Positions 59,970 to 64,000 of a stretch of 64,000 nucleotides of DNA are shown piece after piece; position 1 is the stretch's first letter, and every line of letters begins with the position of its first letter. Source of the DNA: a bacterium (GTDB lineage Bacteria > UBA8248). The notes beneath the pieces were generated by a model. The model saw only the letters and a list, made by a program, of their open reading frames with translations, searched no databases and had not been told where the DNA came from. The DNA lies in assembly GCA_965199855.1 (NCBI GenBank), contig OZ241326.1:832001-896000 (forward strand), given 5' to 3'. A program made the translations under genes and the position numbers.

Positions 59970-60978
59970 CGTTTTGGGGAGCGGCGCCATCTGCCTCGGC
60001 TCGAAAATAGTATGTGATGGTTTCGCGGAGGGGTATCCTTTCCGCGTGCAGACGCATGTCCACGACGATCACATGAGCGAATTCAACAAGAGCAAGGGGT
60101 TTCAGGACATTTTTATGAGTCCGGAAACCCATGATCTGCTGATCGCGGAATACGACGCGGATATTGAATTTCGCAGCAACCTCCGGCGGGTCGAGCGCAA
60201 CATCGAACATGTCTTTGCCGATGGTTCAAAACTATCTCTTCTGCCCTCCCACCACATGCTTGGTTCGCGCCAAGTCGCGCTCGAGTTGTCCGATGGCTAC
60301 TGCATCGGCTATTCGGGCGATTTCGGTTGGCCTCTTGATGAGGTCATTCAGGTTGACGAACTTGTTGTGGACAGCACCTATGGAAGCCCCCAAAGCGTGC
60401 GTCGCTACACCCAAGCGGAAGCGGAAGAATGTCTGTTGGGTATTGTATGTGAACGATTGCACTATGGCCCCGTCCATATCAAAGCCCACAGGGGAACTAT
60501 CGAGCGCGTCCTCCAGGTCCTGTGGGGCGACATCAGCGTTCCGATTCTCGCGACCGAACGCCTCATTCGGGAAGTGGAAGTCTATCAGAACTACGGATTC
60601 GCTATTGGAACTTTGGTTTCACTTGACTCGGAAGCAGGCCAATCCGCCGTGAAGGAGCGGGCCTATGTTCGATTGTATTCAAAGGGCGATGGCTTCGGAA
60701 ACGAGCCCGCCGGCGGGACGAGCGTCACATGCAGCGCTTATATGACCAACGTCGACCATCCGCTTATTACATATTCAGAGCGGGCTTATGGCGTGGCGCT
60801 GTCCAACCATGCGGATTTTAATGGAACGCTCGCCTATATCGAGGCTACGGGAGCCAAGAAGGTCGTCACGGACAACACGCGAAGGCATGGGTGGGATTTG
60901 GCCATCGCCATCAATCAGCGTCTTGCGGGCGTGGAAGCCAAGCCGTCGTCGAACCTGACCGGATCGCGCTGGCAATAG
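59950..60978 (+). CDS. MBL-fold (beta-CASP-like) nuclease/hydrolase
   Basis: THVHDDH, HHMLGS, YSGDF, DSTYG, SNHADF. Confidence 0.88.
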   Translation: MPSPTVDVLGSGAICLGSKIVCDGFAEGYPFRVQTHVHDDHMSEFNKSKGFQDIFMSPETHDLLIAEYDADIEFRSNLRRVERNIEHVFADGSKLSLLPSHHMLGSRQVALELSDGYCIGYSGDFGWPLDEVIQVDELVVDSTYGSPQSVRRYTQAEAEECLLGIVCERLHYGPVHIKAHRGTIERVLQVLWGDISVPILATERLIREVEVYQNYGFAIGTLVSLDSEAGQSAVKERAYVRLYSKGDGFGNEPAGGTSVTCSAYMTNVDHPLITYSERAYGVALSNHADFNGTLAYIEATGAKKVVTDNTRRHGWDLAIAINQRLAGVEAKPSSNLTGSRWQ

Positions 60979-61012
60979 GTGATGTTCCCTCACCTCCTCG
61001 CGGCGCGGAAGA

Positions 61013-63052
61013 TCACCCCCCCGGCGGGTCGCAGGGGGCGTAGCGCGAAAAGCGCATGACGAAGGCGGCGCGGCCCTGGGTGGCGGAGCGAAGCGCCGTG
61101 GCGTAGCCGAACATCCTGGCGAGGGGCGCCGAGGCGCGGACGACGCTCACCGGCGAGGCGCCGCCGCGCTCCTCCGTCGCGGATATCCTCCCGCCGCGCG
61201 CGGCGAGGTCGCCCAGGACGGCGCCCAGGAACTCCCCCGGGGTCGTCACCTCCACCGACATGACGGGTTCGAGCAGCCGCCCGCCCGCCGCGCGGCAGGC
61301 CTCCGTGAAGGCGTTCGCCGCCGCGATGGCGAAGGCGGCCTCGGAGGCGCGGGCGGGGTCGTAGTCCGCCTCCAGCAGGCGGACGCGCAGGTCGGTCATC
61401 TCGTAGCCCGCCATCGCCCCGCTCGACGCGGACGCCTCGATGGATTCCAGCGCGGCGGCGGCGAGGCTCGCGGGAATCACGGAGTCCTCCAGCGCGCTCT
61501 CGCGCGAGACGCCCGCCCCGGGCGAAGGCGCCACGCCCACGCGCACCCGCGCGAAGCGGGGCTCGCCCGCCAGCTCGCGCTCGAAGACGGACTCCGCCTC
61601 AGCCTCCTTCAGGAGCGTCTCCCGATACACCACGCGGGGGGCGCCGACGCGGACGCGGACGCCGAATTCCTCCTCCAGGCGGCGCGCGAGCACCTCCAGA
61701 TGGAGCTCGCCCATGCCGCTCATCACCGTCTGGCCGGACTCCGCGTCCGCCCGCGCCAGGAAGGTGGGGTCCTCCGCCTGGAGCTTCGCCAGCGCCTCGT
61801 CCAGCTTCCGCGCGCCCGCGGCGTCCGCGGGCTCCGCCGCGACCGAGATGACGGGCCGGGGCGCGCGAATGGACTCGAACGCCACCGGCTCCCTCCCGTC
61901 GCAGAGGGTGTCGCCCGTGGCGGCCTCCTTCAGGCCCGCCGCCGCCACGATGTCGCCCGGCCCGGCGGACTCCAGGCGCTCGCGCTTGTGGGAATACATC
62001 CTGAAGATCCGGGCGAGGCGCTCGGCGCGCCCCCGCGCGGGGTTCCACAGGCTCTCGCCCGCCCTGGCCGAGCCGCTGTACACCCTCAAATAGGTGAGGC
62101 GCCTGCCCTCGTCCATCTGCACCTTGAAGGCGAGGGCGGAGAAGGGGGCGTCCTCCGTCGGCGGGCGGACGGCGCGCTCCCCGTCCCCGGGCCGCGCGCC
62201 GCTCGCGGGGGGGACGTCCGCCGGCGAGGGCAGATAGTCCACCACGGCGTCCAGCAGGGGCTGCGCGCCCATGCTCCTGAGAGAGGAGCCGCAGAAGACG
62301 GGCACGAGCTCGCCCGCGAGCACGGCGCGCCGCAGCGCCGCCTTCACCGCGCCGGCGTCCGCGCGGCCGTCCTCCAGATACGCCTCCATCAGGGCTTCGT
62401 CGCAGTCCGCCGCCGCCTCGACGAGCGCCTCCCGCAGCCGCGCCGCCTTCTCCGCGAGCGCCCCGGCGGGCCGGGAGCGGCGGAGCGCCCCCTCCTCCCA
62501 GGTGAGAAAATCGCCGCTCAGCGCCTCGACCTGGCCGGCGTAGCGCTCCCCCTCCCCGTCGGGCCAGTGCATGAGCGCGGGCCTGGCGCCCAGTTTCTCG
62601 GCCATCATCTCCACCGTCCGCTCGAAGTCGGCGCCCAGGCGATCCATCTTGTTGATGAAGGCGATTCTCGGCACGCCGAACCTGTCCGCCTGGCGCCAGA
62701 CGGCCTCGCTCTGCGGCTCGACGCCCTCCACCGCGCTGAAAATCGCGACGGCGCCGTCCAGCACGCGCAGGCTTCTTTCCACCTCGATCGTGAAGTCCAC
62801 GTGGCCGGGGGTGTCGATGATGGTGATCTCGTGCCCCGCCCAGACGGTGGTGATGGCCGCCGAGGTGATGGTGATGCCGCGCTCGCGCTCCTGGCGCATC
62901 CAGTCCATGGTCGCCGAGCCGTCGTCCACCTCGCCGAGGCGGTGCACGGCGCCCGAGCAGAACAGCATCCGCTCGGTGGTCGTCGTCTTCCCGGCGTCGA
63001 TGTGGGAGATGACGCCGATGTTTCTTCTCATCGAAAGCGCGGGGCGCTTCAT
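61013..63052 (-). CDS. Elongation factor G paralog (EF-G2-like)
   Basis: [43 protein letters not shown]; degenerate domain IV; not in the str operon. Confidence 0.93.
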   Translation of the reverse strand: MKRPALSMRRNIGVISHIDAGKTTTTERMLFCSGAVHRLGEVDDGSATMDWMRQERERGITITSAAITTVWAGHEITIIDTPGHVDFTIEVERSLRVLDGAVAIFSAVEGVEPQSEAVWRQADRFGVPRIAFINKMDRLGADFERTVEMMAEKLGARPALMHWPDGEGERYAGQVEALSGDFLTWEEGALRRSRPAGALAEKAARLREALVEAAADCDEALMEAYLEDGRADAGAVKAALRRAVLAGELVPVFCGSSLRSMGAQPLLDAVVDYLPSPADVPPASGARPGDGERAVRPPTEDAPFSALAFKVQMDEGRRLTYLRVYSGSARAGESLWNPARGRAERLARIFRMYSHKRERLESAGPGDIVAAAGLKEAATGDTLCDGREPVAFESIRAPRPVISVAAEPADAAGARKLDEALAKLQAEDPTFLARADAESGQTVMSGMGELHLEVLARRLEEEFGVRVRVGAPRVVYRETLLKEAEAESVFERELAGEPRFARVRVGVAPSPGAGVSRESALEDSVIPASLAAAALESIEASASSGAMAGYEMTDLRVRLLEADYDPARASEAAFAIAAANAFTEACRAAGGRLLEPVMSVEVTTPGEFLGAVLGDLAARGGRISATEERGGASPVSVVRASAPLARMFGYATALRSATQGRAAFVMRFSRYAPCDPPGG

Positions 63053-63152
63053 CGGAAAATCCCCTCCCCCCGGAGCCGGGGCGCAGGTTACCTTGACGGG
63101 GACGGGACGGGAAAGCGCGGGCGCGCGCCGGGGACGCGCCCGGACGGGGGAA

Positions 63153-63383
63153 TCAGGCGGCCTCGGGCCTCTGCGGGGTTTTGGGATTCCACCCGGCGAA
63201 GGGGAGCTCAGGCGCGGGCGTAAGCCTCGACTCGAGCTCCTCCTGGCGATGGCGCCAGTCCTCATAGGAGATTCGGCGCTGCAGATAGAGGGCGAGGTTC
63301 CTCATGCACGCCTGGTGGATGCGCCTCGAGTTCCGGCTCGTCTCATTCATTCCGTATCCGGGTCTTCGTTCCGTGGTCGCCAT
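63153..63383 (-). CDS. Small hypothetical protein (76 aa)
   Basis: Strong RBS AAAGGAGG before ATG; helical central segment. Confidence 0.55.
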   Translation of the reverse strand: MATTERRPGYGMNETSRNSRRIHQACMRNLALYLQRRISYEDWRHRQEELESRLTPAPELPFAGWNPKTPQRPEAA

Positions 63384-63701
63384 GACGGGCCTCCTTTCCT
63401 GCCTGCTCTCCGCGAGAGAGAATCCCTCTTGATCCTATATATAGTGCCTGTTTCGCTGTCGCGCACTATATTTTGTGTTAAAATCCCGTTAAAAATCCGC
63501 CGCCGGACGAAGAATTTCCGGATTCCCCATCCCGCGCGAATACGAATATAATACGAAAATATGAATCGCGCAACTCTTTTTTTCGCCCCGGCGCGCCAAA
63601 CGCTATACTATCGGGCGGGCGTCGCTTCGGGACGGCTTCCGACGTCCCTGACGCCCCGAAGCTTTCGCGCTCCCCCGCCCCAGGGATGCAAAGGACGCGC
63701 C

Positions 63702-64000
63702 ATGGCCCCGAAGAGAATCTCCCGCAATCCGCTTTCCGGATGGCCCGCCCTGCTGGCGTCCATCCTCCTGCTCGCCGGCTGCGGCGGAGGCTATGAAACG
63801 AAAACCGCGCGCGGCGAGGGCGTTCGGGAGTGGTTTTTGGAATTCTCCTGGGGGCGCGTGGAGGCTTACGCCGTCTGGCCTCCCGACGAGGGGCGCTTCT
63901 CCGGGCGAGGCCGCCCGGCGATCCTTCTCCTGCACGGCTCGAACGCCCGCGCCCAGCGATTCAGGCGCGCCATGCTGAATCACGCGCGGGACGGGTTTTT
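63702..64000 (+). CDS. Lipoprotein alpha/beta hydrolase (truncated by window end)
   Basis: Own translation MAPKRIS..LLASILLLAGC (lipobox)..RPAILLLHGSN; not in the ORF track. Confidence 0.75.
   Translation, partial: MAPKRISRNPLSGWPALLASILLLAGCGGGYETKTARGEGVREWFLEFSWGRVEAYAVWPPDEGRFSGRGRPAILLLHGSNARAQRFRRAMLNHARDGF

Noticed and set aside
49980-60990. Integrative element or prophage boundaries for the AT-rich islands
   Set aside because: No integrase, tRNA target or flanking direct repeat could be identified by eye

Overview
GC-rich bacterial chromosomal window (about 70% GC by eye). The gene content, including PAC2, an spd-type EF-G2 and a UGSC selenoprotein, suggests a Nitrospinota/Desulfobacterota-like lineage (inference only). 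The backbone is housekeeping and metabolic: acnA, rsmE, purD, glgC-glgA, dtd-nadK-recN, acs, thiSGE, bioA, pyrE and a second EF-G. It also holds an 11-gene type II FAS/PKS-like cluster (FabL-like reductase, oversized ACP, four KS-family genes, two FabZ, FabG, AcpS, LpxL-type acyltransferase). There are three clusters of GTAG-type REP palindromes and four AT-richer insertions: an EEP nuclease, an HsdR_N/SeqA-like nuclease, a kinase-NUDIX fusion, and a defence-like island. The best candidate for a new system is 55372-60978: an orphan DndC-type sulfurtransferase whose stop overlaps the start of a DUF262/DUF1524 (SspE/GmrSD-like) nuclease, followed by ParB-CTPase, CTPase-less ParB-HTH and MBL/beta-CASP nuclease genes. 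Two in-frame UGA codons were found. One is a convincing selenocysteine with a SECIS-like hairpin, and the other is probably a nonsense lesion. One frameshift was found in a KS gene. No tRNA, rRNA, CRISPR array, integrase or transposase was recognised. All family assignments come from motif recognition by eye, not from database searches.
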